DNA of 64,000 nt. It comes from Geosiphon pyriformis uo1. Its lineage: Eukaryota > Fungi > Glomeromycota. This document shows positions 35,577 to 49,700 of the stretch, one piece after another; positions within the stretch are counted from its first letter, which is position 1, and every line of letters begins with the position of its first letter. The notes beneath the pieces were generated by a model. It searched no databases and was not told the DNA's origin. It saw only the letters and a program-made list of their open reading frames with translations. Location: NCBI GenBank assembly GCA_016748015.1, contig JAAOMT010000134.1, positions 1-64,000 of the forward strand, in the 5' to 3' direction. The translations under genes were made by a program, and so were the position numbers.

Positions 35577-38500
35577 CTATACACCTATATTAACAAAGAT
35601 CAAATTCTCGATACTCAAAAAAAACAAACAAGATTTACAAAACCCAAAACCAACACCCAAAGCATCTGCAATTTCTAACAACCTAATCACACCAGCCGAA
35701 AACACTGAAGAAAGGCCAGCAACTAAAACAGGAATGGAACCATCATGTAGAATCAAATTGTTCTTCTCCATGAAAGCCCAGTGTTTGACATGAACTAACC
35801 AAATATCCTCCCAGAAAACAAGACAAAGCTCACACACAAAATTCACAATATTGAGACTTGTAATTTTTGAGTCCTTGAAAACAGCAACAGATTCACATTA
35901 CCATTTATTGAGAACAAAACTCTTACACAGAGCAGAGCCAACCTTCATGTCAGCAGCACAAGTGGCCAACAACTGCACAATGCATAAAAAAGAACAAAAC
36001 AAACCAGAACGCACCAACCAAGCAAAAGCATGAGCATCCAACAGCTGAATGTGTGCAGCAGCATTGAAAGAACAAGAAAAGATGTGGTCTGAGACTTCAA
36101 TATCACCACAGAACAAACATACTACACTGGGATAACACTTATCATAGAGTCTTTTGCATACAGCAACAGGAAGCTGACAATGTAGGACCTTTATAAAATA
36201 CATCTGGAAGTCAGCAGTCTGCATGCTAGTAAAACTAGCAGCTAAGTGAGAATCCAGGTGCCAAACCAAAAATGATTTATACCAATCAATATCAGCACAC
36301 AAGCTGCCCACCATGACCCAGAAACCAGAACCAACTTCATAACATGCTCAATAAACAGACCTAAAAACATCATGAATGAAATGTCTAGAGTTATCAGAAA
36401 CTGCAGTACCACCCACCTTTAGAAAACACTCACCAATCAAATGAGGCAGAAACCAATCCAAAAACACAGCATTCTTAGCCAGTTTATTAGCATGCTCATT
36501 GCCCAAGACACTTGAGTGATCTTTAACTTTGACCCAATTAACAACTAAATTCTTACAATGGATAACATTCAAGATGTGGTAACGTTTGATCCAACACCAA
36601 TTTCTAAAATCTGAACAAACCAACAAAGATTCTGTCTTGCATGCATCCAAAGCAGCTTGACTATCTGAGAACAAATCCCCATAATGAAAAAGAAGAACAC
36701 ACTCAAAAGCCAAAGCAATAGTCTGCAATTCTATCATGATAGAAGAAACCAAACCAAACACCCCTACACTCAAACCTAAACTCACATCCTCGAAAAAAAC
36801 AGCAGCACTAGCCTTCATACCTAAAGTCTCCAACTCATTAAGAGACCCATCCATATACACAAACAGACAACCAGCATCAACACTCAAGAGACTATTACTA
36901 ATAATACCAAATCCATCAGACTGAAAAATGTTAGAAGAGAAGCAGTCATCCAAAAGCAGAGGGTAGACAGATAAAAAATCCACCCCAACAAAAAAACAAA
37001 CCAAAAACTCAAACCACAAGGAAACTGGGCCACAAAGATTTAACCACTTCCAATACTTGAATATTTTCTAATCAAAAACAACACTGTTCTGGTCATGCAA
37101 CTGCTCCATAAAAACAATTCCATAATGCTAAAGGAAAATGACATATTTACAATAAACAGGCTCACTAAGAACAAAAAACAAAGAAATTCTATCATGGAGA
37201 TGAAAAGCACTAACCAGAGAGCCACCCAGAAACAAATTACACCCAGAAAAAATACAGACCACACCAGCCAAAAAATTGTTCAAAAAATTTACTCTAACAC
37301 AAGCCGGAAACTATAAAGAGTGACGAGGGTTCCAGCTAAAAACTTGAAGATCATGAGATTTGTGAGAGAACAACTGGCCCAAAATTCCAGCTGAATTTGC
37401 AAAAGAAACTGTAGAAGCAGATTTGCTCTCAGCCTGAATTTGCTCAAAAGATTTCAAATTGTATAAAAACAAATGATGAAGTGCATCACTGGGGAAATCA
37501 TAAAAGAGATCAGATTTAGACTTCAAACATTTGCAGATCAGAGTGTCCCACTTATTACACACACTGAGATAAACATAACTAAACTGAATCCTATAGCCAA
37601 TAATTGAAAACAGGACTGCTGACACCAAATAAGCAAACTGCTTATCTAAGATTGTCTTTCTCAGAATAAAATTAACAAAAAAATGCACATCCAAATAAGC
37701 TTTAGCCAAACTAGACTTCAACAAACTCTTAGTTGATAAAAAAATATCCAGATAATAGTGAGGTTTATCTTTCTTTACGATAAAAATTGGTACACCACTA
37801 ATAGTCAGATGTGGAGATGCTACCTGACAATTAATGGGAATGGTCACAGTTTTGTTATTGTTTATAGAAATGTCATTAAATCTAAAAAATTCACCAGCAA
37901 TGTTGAGAATGTGTTGTATAGCAGCCTGGCTATTACCAACTCAAATAGTATTATCAACAAAAACATCTGCAGTGAAAAATGACATCAATTTAGCTTGAGA
38001 CTCTGCCCTGCCATTTTTGAAAACAAAATGAGAATTCAACCTGTATCTACACATACTCTCTTGTCTCTTGACCTTACACAAAAGTGAATCATAGAAAATG
38101 TGCCAGAGAAAAAGTGAGAAAACCTCCCTCTGATCTAAATCATTATGAACATGATACCTATCAGTTAAACCAAAGTCTGTCATCACTCTGTTAACATAAC
38201 CATTGTGAATCTCACCAAAAAATCTAATGAACCTGTTACACATCTTAATCTTAACTAAGCTTCTTTTGAGATAAATTCATCCAACAGAATCATAGATCTT
38301 ACACATGTCTTGTAACACCAGCCACAGCTTCCAGTTCTTTTCTAAAGCATCCTCAATCACAGAACCAATGGCAAAAATGGGAGATTGTGTTGATGTACTT
38401 TTCAAGACAGAGAAGTTGTCTTTATGAAGAATATCAAAAGTGCTGCAAGCTGAAGAAATTCTGTTTGAGAGAATCTTAGAAAGAATTTTGTGGGCTGTTT

Positions 38501-40254
38501 TTATCAATGCAATGGGATGGGTGTTCATAAAAACACTCTTCCACTCATATGGTTTAGGAATCATCGAGACCCAGGCTTTCTTTCAAGGACCAGTAACAGC
38601 CTCGTAAACCAAACAACAATTCAAGAACACCAAAAGCATATCTAAAACTGATTTGTCACAGCACTTTCATAATTCATTCAAGATGCCAAAAAGACCAGCT
38701 GCTTTCCCATCTGGCAGATTTAATACTACAACAAACATCTCATTAAAATCAATCGAGCTCATAACATTAGAAAAAGCACCATCAAAGACATAATCCAAGG
38801 GCTGATATTGATGAGTCCAATCTTCTGAGATATTAGTCACCACCTTACACTTCCTAGTCCATTCCTCTATTATCACATCTACCTTAGACTTGACCAACTC
38901 AGGCTTCAAGACTAGCTCATTGTCTACAACTAAATGGTCCAATATCACTTTGCAAAAAGAATGCTCCAACACACTTCTGATGGTATGGTCTTTATTCAAC
39001 TCGAAACTCTCCATTCTTTTATTAATAGCCTGCTTGATAGAGGACTCCTCAGCACATCTGGATTCTAGCAATTTGAAAGAGCAGTATAACTTTCTTGCCT
39101 TGGCCAGTATAGAACAAATAAGACCAAAATTAAAATTTAAGAGAAAAAGAGATCTTACTGCTGATGCATTAGTAGAATCAAGCCTATTTTATACCTCCAG
39201 CAAAGAAGCAAAATCATCACTAAAGACTGAATGCAAAGTCTTAACCAATTTAGAAACTAGCAATTCCAGCTTATAAAATCTGGAAAACATCTTGGTAAAA
39301 ACACCTTCAAAACTCTTGAACCACTTTTTTCTGAATGTTCCATTTGCTGAAAAAATTATGATCTTGTGAATAATGTCTCACATAGCATCCAAATCTGAAA
39401 ACCTACTGACCGAAGAGAAATCATCCAAAAACATGATAGCATTGGCTGCCATAGATGCATTAAACTCACACTTTTTAGCATCATTCATATTTTTAACATT
39501 AAATTTTCAACAGTTCTTATTCACTTGTTTGAACAGCAAATTCAGTCAAACATCAAGCAAACCACCCAAACCCACAGAGACAGAAACAGCCATGTGATCA
39601 GTATCAAAATGGTTTATGACATCAGCCACACTACAATTCACAATAGCATTAACCAAATTCGAGGAGACAAACACATAATCAATCATTTTTGAAACACCAC
39701 AAGAATTGCATCAAGTGAGCACTTTCCCCATTTAAAAAATTCATCAAGCCCAAAATAAAACATTTTTTAAAACTAACACACTTTTGAGACCCATCCTTAT
39801 TAAAATCACCACCGAGAACAATAAAAGAAGACTCATTAATGGCTTTTGCAATGAGAGAGTTGATTTCACTGGCTTAAGAGAACCAAACCAATGCAGAGAC
39901 ACCAGCATAAAGACCCAAAATTGACACAGAAAGTTTATTTTTGAACAACAGCTTAATAGACAGGAGCTGACCAGACACCTCAGAAACTTTATAAACATGT
40001 TTTGTTAAAGAATTGTTCATAGCAATAGCAATCTCAGAACCCATGTGACCAGAATCCAGGCCAGATGTGAACATCCAAACTCTATTGAATTTGTTAACTA
40101 TTCACAGGTGAATCTTACTTTTAAGTTTTGTCTCAGTGAAAATTGAAACCAGATTGTTTATATCTTTGTGCTATCAAATAATATTAGCTTGTTTGGCTGG
40201 GTTATTTAAGCTCCTTATATTACACGTTGCAATTTTCCAGACAAGATTACTTAT
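35577..40254 (-). pseudogene. LINE-b ORF2: AP endonuclease, RT, RNase H, C-terminal CxxC/HxxC
   Basis: WKIATCN, TETK, GDFN, IDY..SDH-like, LQDMCKIYDSV, QRE..SL, FVDN (from FVDD), VYMDGSL, WVKVKDHSSVLGNEHA and CLFC..DHIFSC. Confidence 0.88.
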
Positions 40255-42209
40255 TGAGAAGAAAACAAAGCCGACAAACCCAAACCTGAGCACAAACAGT
40301 CCAGTTTTTTCAAAACAGACTCAACTGAAACTTCTAAAGCCACTATTTTGGATTCCAAATCACCTACTTTGGACGTCAAAACTTTAGAACTACTCAGACC
40401 AAGGTCAGAAACAGGGTCAGTAACAATCAACAGAGATGGAAAGAAAGACACTGGTGTAACATCCAGAGCCATATCTGAGTCCAAATTGGGTGCAACAGAT
40501 GTGAGAACAACCAGAGGAGGGATAAGAAGTTTGGACACCAGAGGCACCAATTCCATGAAACTCAATTTTTTCATAATACCAGAAATCTGATCTGTTAAAA
40601 GCTCCAAAAAGCATTTCAGAGAAGCCAACCAATCAACCAAATAAGAATTACTAAAAAAATTAGAGTCTATTGGCACAGACTTTGTGCCTAAAAATAAACT
40701 AGATTCTAAAGAACCCGACAAAACTACACAAGAGAAAGAACTACCAGCAACCTGAGTCCAAGTTTTTTTACCAAAAAAAACTGGACAAATAATTAGCATC
40801 TGCTTCTTTTTATATATGTTGGCCAAACAAATCTGATCCTGAAGAGTGACCACCCACTTACCATGAACACCAGAATTCCCATCCAATAAACACACAGTAG
40901 AGATATGACCCAATTGTTTATACTTAGTGCAACAAGCCAGAGAAAGACCAGCCCAGCACAAATTCACATTTTTATAAACTGGAATAGACCCAATAGCAGC
41001 CAATTTGGATGCTTTATTCTCAAAACAGACTACTGCACATCTGTCACATACATAAAAACCAAAATTACAACCAATAAAACAAGTTCTCCCATCATATGAT
41101 TCAAGTAAACCAGACAAATTGTGAGCAGTAGTACCAACTGGTAAAGTATAGAGCAAAGCCCTATACTGATTCCTAAATATCCAAGATTGTTTATCCTCAA
41201 TTGCCAAAGCAACTCATACAGAATCCTTTCCCATAAAAACTGACTACTTGGAAGCAACTGAACTAGCTACTTCAGATGATTCATATTTAACCAAAGCTTT
41301 TTGCCACAGGCCAATCAATTGTATCTTGATTGACACAATCTTTTCAAACTTAGAAAACACAGATTTTACAGCTGATCTAGAAAGATCGATTGGGATTTCC
41401 TTAACAACAATTATCTGATCCGAATGTTTGTTTACCTGTCTAACATCATCATTTATCACAATTTTTTTATGAATTGCTAATTTTCTAGCCTTTTTCAGAC
41501 TCAATTCAGATGTAAAGAAGGATCTGATGATTCCAGAAAATTTTGAGAGAGTTGATGCTCCTCCAAAACCATCAATTCAATAAAAGATTTTTTTTACTGT
41601 TATTAATTTATCACCATTTGTCTTTCCAGACACAGCAGCCAAATTCACATTCAAAGTGAACAATCTAACTGGCTCAAAGCTACGACTTTTCAAAACTTGT
41701 GATTTGGCTGATGGCAACCGATTGGACCCAGCAAACTTAGACTCAGGAAGCACCAACTTAGCATCATCATTACTCAAGTTTCTGAAAGAAGGTGTTTTTG
41801 GTGGTGGTTCCAAAATGTAGGTCTTTGTTCATGTTTTTCTAGGCATTGCATCGTCCTCCATATCATCAGTTTCAGAAGTGTTGGAATCCATATAACTAGT
41901 TTTTTTAGCCACCATGTTGCCCATGTTTTTAACATCAAACACCTCACCAACGCTGCTATCTTCACTCTCAATCTCGCTGCCCCAAGACACTTTGTGTTCA
42001 CCACAGCCTGTTTGTAATATATTTCCAGGGATAAGTCCAGCTGATGAGTCCACCACAACTCCAGTAGTAACAGGTTTTTTTGATTTTTTGTATAAAAGAT
42101 CCCAAGCATAAATACTTTCAACTCACACTTTTTTCTTAGTCCTAGACTGGGATCTCAACCCAGCCAAACCAGTACCAGAACCACCAGCAGAAGAGCCTAC
42201 TGGTTTCAT
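40251..42209 (-). pseudogene. LINE-b ORF1 (RRM-like segments, CCHC knuckle, C-terminal coiled coil)
   Basis: MKPVGSSAGG start, IVVKEIP..FSKFEKIVSIK, CTKYKQLGHISTVC, heptad C-terminus. Confidence 0.8.
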
Positions 42210-42307
42210 TACAACAAAATAGGGTATGTTAGAAGAAATAACTAAAGATAATAAGGAGGAAGGGGAAAAGAAAAAGCTAAATTTTTGGCAATACAAATGC
42301 TCTCTTT

Positions 42308-44190
42308 TAATAATATGTATAACATTTTTTTCAATTAGAATAAGTTACTTTGCTACAACCAAATCAGTATGATTTAATTAATCAAATTCAATTACAGTCT
42401 TTTGTTACAATTCTATCAATTGTATTTTAATTGATTTAATAATGCCAAACTCAGAAAACACAACATTTATAATCTCAGTTAATATCCTAATCAAAAATTT
42501 TTTTACTATTACAGCCTAATCTAAATGCACTGCTAATTTTTTGAGATCAGTATTTATCAAGATTTTTGCATTCCTAGCCTTTTCAAACATCTGTGCCAAG
42601 CTTAATTCAAAAGTAAAAGTTGCTTTGATAATTCCAGCAAATTTTAAAAGAGTAGATGTTTTTCCAAAATCATTGATTTTTGAAAACAATTTTTTGACTA
42701 TGATAAATTTATTTTAAGAAAACTTTTTAATATTATTATTCAAGCTAATATTTAGAGCAATAACTTTTTAACAAAAACATTAACCAGATTTTTTAGAAAA
42801 AAAAAAAAGCTGACAGAACATTTAATAAGACATCATTATTATTATTACTCAAGAAATTAATTTTCTCCAAAAATATTCTCAGTGCTTTCTTGGTCTTTAT
42901 TCATGAATTTTTTGGTGTTTAATTGGAATTGTCCTTATTAAAAGCATTTTTTTTACCATTGTTACAGATAATTATTTGGGGTCTCAAATCAAATAACAAA
43001 CTCATAACTTGGTGCTTGATTGATAATGTTGTTGGTAATATCTGAAGATATTGTTTATCTGAAGATTTTGTTGTGGAGTCTTTTGTATAATGGGCAGAGT
43101 TTTAATGGTTGTCTTTCCAGTAGCCTCCCAGAATTACAATTCCATCAAATTTTTTTCTCAGTATGATGGCCGGTAATCTTGGCAAAAATGCCCTTCTGGT
43201 AAGCTATCCTTAAATTCTCAATTCCTATACTCTTCCTTTGGGGTCTTTTACCAGGCTATCTGTAACATCAATAATTCAGCACTTAATCTTCAAGTAATTA
43301 GTAAAACAAAAGAAATAACAGAAATAAAAAAAATTTAAAAGAAATAAGCCAAGGCAATGAATATTAGTATCCCATCAATAGCTGTGATTAAGAGCTATTG
43401 TTTTAATGTAGTTAAGTATCAATTACTATCAACATGAAGTGTTGATAGTGGAGAGTAGATTTGAAATTGTGAGAATAATTATTTATTAATATTTGTGAAT
43501 TGGAAAGTTGCTTAGATTAAATCTAAACCGAGAAATCTCTAACTAAAAAGATTCTGTCCCTTTCTGCTTTTAATATTACTGCTATATATACATAATTAAG
43601 ATTCCTCAATTTCTCAATTCTTTATACCAGAAATCCTGGAATTTCTGGAATTCTGCAATTTTTTTTAAGAGAAATTCTGGAATTCTGAAATCCTGTAATT
43701 CCTTGTACGAGAATTCTGAAATTTCTAAAATCTTGCGATTTCTCTTAAAAGGAATTCTGGAATTTCATATTTACTATAGTTACTTTTGATTGACTAATTC
43801 ATATGCTAATATACTTCCTATATTCTATGAGTAACACCATAATTAACATTGATTTCTTTTACTAAACACTTTTTTTTTATGTTAATACTATTAAATTTAG
43901 TAATATTACCAGTTTTAAAGTCTTAAAAATAACTACTCAAAGTTTTAACAGAAATTATCTTGTCACTAATACTGTTTTTCAAAGTACCACTTTTTTTTTT
44001 TAAAAAAAAAACTTGTTTGTTATTACTGCCAAAACCAAAATTCTTAATAAATTTCTTTATAATAACAACATTAGAACCAATAATAGTCTTATAATTAAGC
44101 AAAAAAAGTTTGAATTTATTATACTGAATAATTAAAAACTTTTTTTCAATAAATATATTCTTTGGTAGGTTTTTGGATATAAGAGAAAAA
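42308..44190 (-). mobile_element. LINE-a 5' part (ORF1 N-terminal half, 5' UTR), split by a solo LTR; 5' boundary approximate
   Basis: IKIQLIEL.QKTVIEF and STLLKFAGIIKATF are collinear with LINE-b ORF1. Confidence 0.7.
42960..43836 (-). mobile_element. Solo LTR, family C
   Basis: TGTTACA...GTAACA flanked by TSD CCAT (42956-42959 and 43837-43840). No PBS, PPT or internal sequence. Confidence 0.92.
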
Positions 44191-46740
44191 AAGTGTATTT
44201 TTAATAATTTTATAATATTAATTAATTATAATACTTAATTTTGTATTTTAAAAACATTATTGGTTTTGGTAATATTTAAAATTATTAAAAAATTTTGTTT
44301 TTTTAATAATATTTATATTGTTAAAAATAATTTAAAATTTAATATTTATATATAATTTTAAAATTTTGACCTAATTTTATTATTGTAATATATTTTTAAT
44401 GTTTTAAAAAATGCTGTAAATTTATATTTAAATTTAAATATTTTAATTCTTAATTTTTAATAAATATTAAAGTGTTTTTATTTTTAAATTTTTAAAAAAT
44501 TCATTTTTTTAAATAATTACAATATTACTTATTTTGAATTATAATAATATATTTATAATAAGTAATTAAGTAACTGTAAACAAATTAATTTAAACAAAAA
44601 TATTATTTTGTTAATAGTATTTGATTAAAAAATTTATTTTTTTAAATTAAATTTATTTAAATATATAAAATTATATATAAAATTATAATTTTTTTATATA
44701 TATATTTATAATTACAATTAAAACAATTGATAATATTTTTATTAATAAAATATTTACAATTATAAAAACTACTTAATAATATTTTATTATTTTTTATTAT
44801 TATGTGATTTACAAATGAAGTCTAATTGTTATTTAGTACATAAAACCAAACTAAATAGAACACACTAAATACAGCTTATGCATTTATTATATGTGGTCAG
44901 TCATTTAGGCCAAACAAAGCAATACTATGTACTTATACTAATAAAAGTATTATCATTTAAACCAGAAAAAAAATGACATATTCTGCATCTACCAAAATTA
45001 ACAACAAAAGATTCCAAGATACCAAGCATATGAATCATTCTATCTGAAAATATAGATACCAAACATTGAAACAAATCTAAAACCACACCATTATTTTTGA
45101 TCAAACCAGCTTTTTCTATATATGTTTTGTGCTTGGATCTAATAAGCCATATCTTAGTGCAAAACAATTTGACCACAAACCTAACATAATTAACAAGAAC
45201 CAAAGCAGCCCTTTCTTTTCTCTCAAAAACCAAAGTAGTTTCAGCATATCAATTCTTTAACACAAAACTCTTACAGATAGCAATATACAGATCTATATTT
45301 AAAAAACACATTAAAAATAAATGCAAAATAACTGATACAGGTGAACAAAAAAAACTCACCAATGACACTCATTTTTTAGCAGCTTTAGCCAAAATGTTTT
45401 TACAGAGCCCAATGTCACCAGAACAAACAAAAACATGATCAGACAACTCCATCTTATCATACAGCAAGCATAGCACCCCAAGATAATTCTTGTTATACAA
45501 TTTTTTCCTAACTGCTACTGGCAACTGTTTATGTACTGCTTTCATCAAATAAGTGTGTATATTGGCTGAGCTTTTGCTAGTAAATTCAGAGAGCATGTGT
45601 AAATTAAGATGTCACAACTTAACAGTAGTAGTTCAATCTATCTTCTTAATTATGGCACCTAAAACAACATCATAACCAGAACCAGCTTTCCAATAAGCAT
45701 GGCAAACTGACTAATACAGATTATGAACAAAATAATAAATATTATCAGATATGGCAGTATTTTCAGCAACCAAAAATTGTTCTCAAATCTCAACTGGTAA
45801 AGAAAGTAAGAAGAAGACAGCTTTTTTCATCAGCTTATCAGTTTTAATATTGCCTGAAATCTCTGAATGTCTCTTAACCTTTATTTATTTAACCAAAATG
45901 TCTTTATTCCTAATAAGATCAACAATATGTGATCTTTTGATCCAGCATTGATTGTGGAAGTCAAACACAATAAATGAAGTTTCTGACATACAAACACCAA
46001 TAGCAAATTGACTGTTTGAATACAAAACCACAGCACAAGAAGACAAAACACATTCTAAAGCCAAAACAATAGCTTGTAATTCAGTCAAAATAGAAAACAG
46101 AAGCCCATATACTCTAACTCTAACACTCATGTTAATAGCTAGAAAATAAGCAGCCATATTATTTACAACCTTAGCAGAACCAGCACTTTTTAAGGACCCA
46201 TTTGTGTAAACCTTAATACTATTAGACCAAACCTCTATCAGACTATCACGAATACCAGAGAATATTTCAGAATCCAAAACACTCAACACTGGCAGCCTAA
46301 GAGAATCAGCAGACTTGATTCTCAAAGAAACTTGCTTGTTCATAAACTCAGCTGCCAGAGTAAATCAGTAAGGTATAAGATCTCTCGGATCTAACTTCTT
46401 CTATCATTGAAACATTTTCCAGTCTATTATCTTTCCCTTTTTGCTCAAAAGCCTATCACCAAAAGCAATACCAAATTGTTTCAAAAAAAAAACAAAATCA
46501 TAATACAAGAAATGTTTTAAGATATCAGACATTAAAAATTTGCCAGACCCATAAAAAGTACTGGACAAATTATTCATCAAAAACAGCTTATTCTCAAAAA
46601 TATTTTCATCACACCAGCCAAAAAATTATTCACTGGACTAATTTGCAACTTGACAGAATGCTGTAAAAGATTCAAAAGAGACCACTCCAAAACTTGTAAA
46701 TCCAAAAATTTATGTTTAAATAAATGTCCAAAAATGCTGT

Positions 46741-49700
46741 TGTTATGAGCAAACTTGGTAGTATATAGTAATAATGTTTGGCACTCAAAATTTGGGTTTC
46801 TAGAGAGCTTTTAAGAGTTTTTTTTTGGTAGGCTGGTTTGTTGTGTCAGTGTTATCAATCTCTGAAGATTTTTTGAATTGTTATGAATTTACTTATGAAG
46901 TTCTTTAGTTATAAAGCACAGAGATTTGGCTTTTGCTAATTACAACTTTTTATAAATGTGAACTATCTTTTCTAAGCTAACAAGTGCAGTCATTAGGGTC
47001 TGATATTGTCTTTTTGCCTTTCTGGTAAGCTACTAAAATAATGTTAATATCCAAAACTTAGGAGAAGCTTTTTTTTTTTACCAGGCTATTACCAAGTTTA
47101 TTTTCAAACAGTCAATTTTATTATGTTGCTACTTCACAAGAGAAAATAAAAAAAATAAAAGAAAATAAAGAAATAAAGAATATAAAAATAAGAAATAAGT
47201 GTTTTGTTAATAGCCATAATTAAAAACTATTGTGCCAACAGGTTAAGTAGTAAATAATAACATAGATTTAAAGAATTAAAAAGATATTTTATTGATATAA
47301 TTCTATTTCAGTTAATAGCAACTATTCTTGAAAGGAAAAGTATTTAATAATTATGACCTGTGAGTTTAATTAACTTTAAAAGTCTAATTTTTTTGGATGT
47401 TTTTCTAACTTCTATAGCTACTTGTTTTTATACATTCTTTTGGTTTTATAGAATTGCTTTCTAACTGTTTCATTATTGTTAACTATTGCTTTACCATTTC
47501 TGTAATTGCTTCATTTTTCTATATTATTACTAGTTATTTTATGTTATAATATATTATCTGGTATAATTACATGTTATTACATATTATTCTGTATTATTTT
47601 ATATTATAATGTATTATTCTATGTTATCCTAATTTATAATATGTTATTTAACACTATTGCATGTTATTCTGTGTTATGTCACATTTTTTCATAACTTTGG
47701 ATTGGTTTTTCTACTCAGGTAATATTATCCCTCTCTTTTAGAATTGAACTCTTGCAAAATCATAAATTTTTTTTTGTATCAATGTTGTTGCTGTAATTTC
47801 TATTGTTATTTTTAAATCTAATTTTATACATGACTGAAATTTTTTAACTATAGTGGTCTGTTCAGAATATTCAAGTTTAAATCTTGCATCTGTATGTTCT
47901 CATTATTATCATTAAATTAAGTTAATTTCTGCTCTATTGTAAGATTTAGAAGCATAATATATTGTTTGGTGTTTGAAACAGAGTTTGAATTGTTGTTAGT
48001 AGAATTTAAATTGTCATCATCATTAACAGAGTTTGAATTATTGTTATCATTAGTGGAGTTTAAATCAGGATTAAGTTCCAATTCCAATTCCCATTTGTTT
48101 TTACTAATTGGCTCTTCTTTGAATATATAACACATGAAAGTGAATTGTGACTACATCTCAATATTCTGACTCAAAGCTGTTAGATGAGTTTTGCTGATTT
48201 ATTGGTACTGTGAGAATTAGGTTTTATTGGTAAATTTTCTTGTATGATAGCAGGATTTGGAATTTATTAGACTTTGAATGTTTGGGTTTTTGAATAATTT
48301 CTGGAGTTTAAATTGCTAAAGGTTAATAAGTTTTATTGATGGTAAGTTTTTTTGTATGATAGTGAGGTTGGAATTATCAGGTTTCAAATGTTTGGGTTTT
48401 TGAACAATTGAGTCTTGAATAATTGAAGTTTTAATGAGTTTTAATGAATTTATCAAAGGTAAGTTTCGAATATTTAGAGTTTTAATAATTGGGTTTTAAA
48501 TGATCAGAGTTTTAATTTAATAAGTTTTAATGAGTTTATTAATAGTAATTTTTGAATATTTGGGGTTTTAATAATCAGATCGGAGTTTAATGAGTTTTTG
48601 ACAAATTTATTAAAGGTAAGTTTTAAATGTTTAGGGTTTTAATGATCAGGTTTTGAATAATTGGAGTTTTTAATTTAACAAGTTTTAACGAATTTATTAA
48701 TGATAATTTTTGAATGTTTGGAGTTTTAATGATTGGGTTTTGAATAATTAAAGTTTTAATTTAATAAATTTTTAACAAATTTATCAAAGGTAAGTTTTGA
48801 ATATTCAGAGTTTTAATGATCAAATTTTGAATAATCAGAGTTTTTAATTTAATAAGTTTTAACAAATTTATCAACAGTAATTTTTGAATGTTCAGAGTTT
48901 TAATGATCAGGTCTTGAATAATCGAAGTTTTAATTTAATGAGTTTTTAACAAATTTATTAAAAGTAAGTTTCAAATGTTTGGAGTTTTAATGATCAGATT
49001 TTGAATAATTGGAGTTTTTAATTTAACAAGTTTTAATGAATTTATCAATAGTAATTTTCGAATGTTTGGGGTTTTAATAATTAGGTTTTGAATAATCAGT
49101 ATTTTAATTTAACAAGTTTTTCAAAGGAAATGCTAAAATAAAGATTTTGTGAATTCTAAGTGATTTTTCTCTTGTTTTCTCTTGGTCTGTCTCTTTTGTG
49201 AATTTCTGGAGTGCTCTGTCTCTGTGGATTTTATAACCTCACAGAGAGCACCAAATATTATGGATAAACTTGGTGGTATATGATGGTAATATTTGGTGCT
49301 CAAAATTTGGATTTCTAGTAAGCTTTTGAGAGTTTTTTTCAGTAAACTGGTTCATTGTGTCAGTGTTATTAGTCTCTAAAGGTTTTTTGGATTGTTATGA
49401 ATTTACTTGTGGAGTTTTTTGGTTATAAAATACAGAGGTTTGGTTTTTACTAATTGCAACTTTTTATAAATGTGAGCTATCTTTTCTGAGCTAATGAGCA
49501 CAGTTATTAGGGTCTGATATTGTTTTTTTGCTCTTCTGGTAAACTATTAAAATAATGTTAATATTCAAAACTTAGGAGGAGCTTTCCTCTTTTACCAGGC
49601 TATTACGAAGTCTATTCTCAGATAGTCAATTTTATTATGTTGTCATTCTACAAGAAAAAATAAAGAAAATAAAAGAAAATAAAAGAAAATAAAGAAATAA

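Larger units (their letters stand above)
35445..42307 (-). mobile_element. LINE-b, near full-length non-LTR retrotransposon inserted into LINE-a ORF1
   Basis: Poly(A) tail seen as a T run at 35444-35453. TSD TAATAAT at 35438-35444 and 42308-42314. Removing it restores LINE-a ORF1 (NVIHIIRTD). Confidence 0.88.

Noticed and set aside
44200-44790. Very AT-rich spacers (also 52500-53030) as origin or centromere
   Set aside because: No recognisable motif or periodicity. Probably terminally decayed repeats.
48400-49120. CRISPR-like periodic array
   Set aside because: Whole 87-bp units repeat with no unique spacers, there are no cas genes, and the context is eukaryotic.
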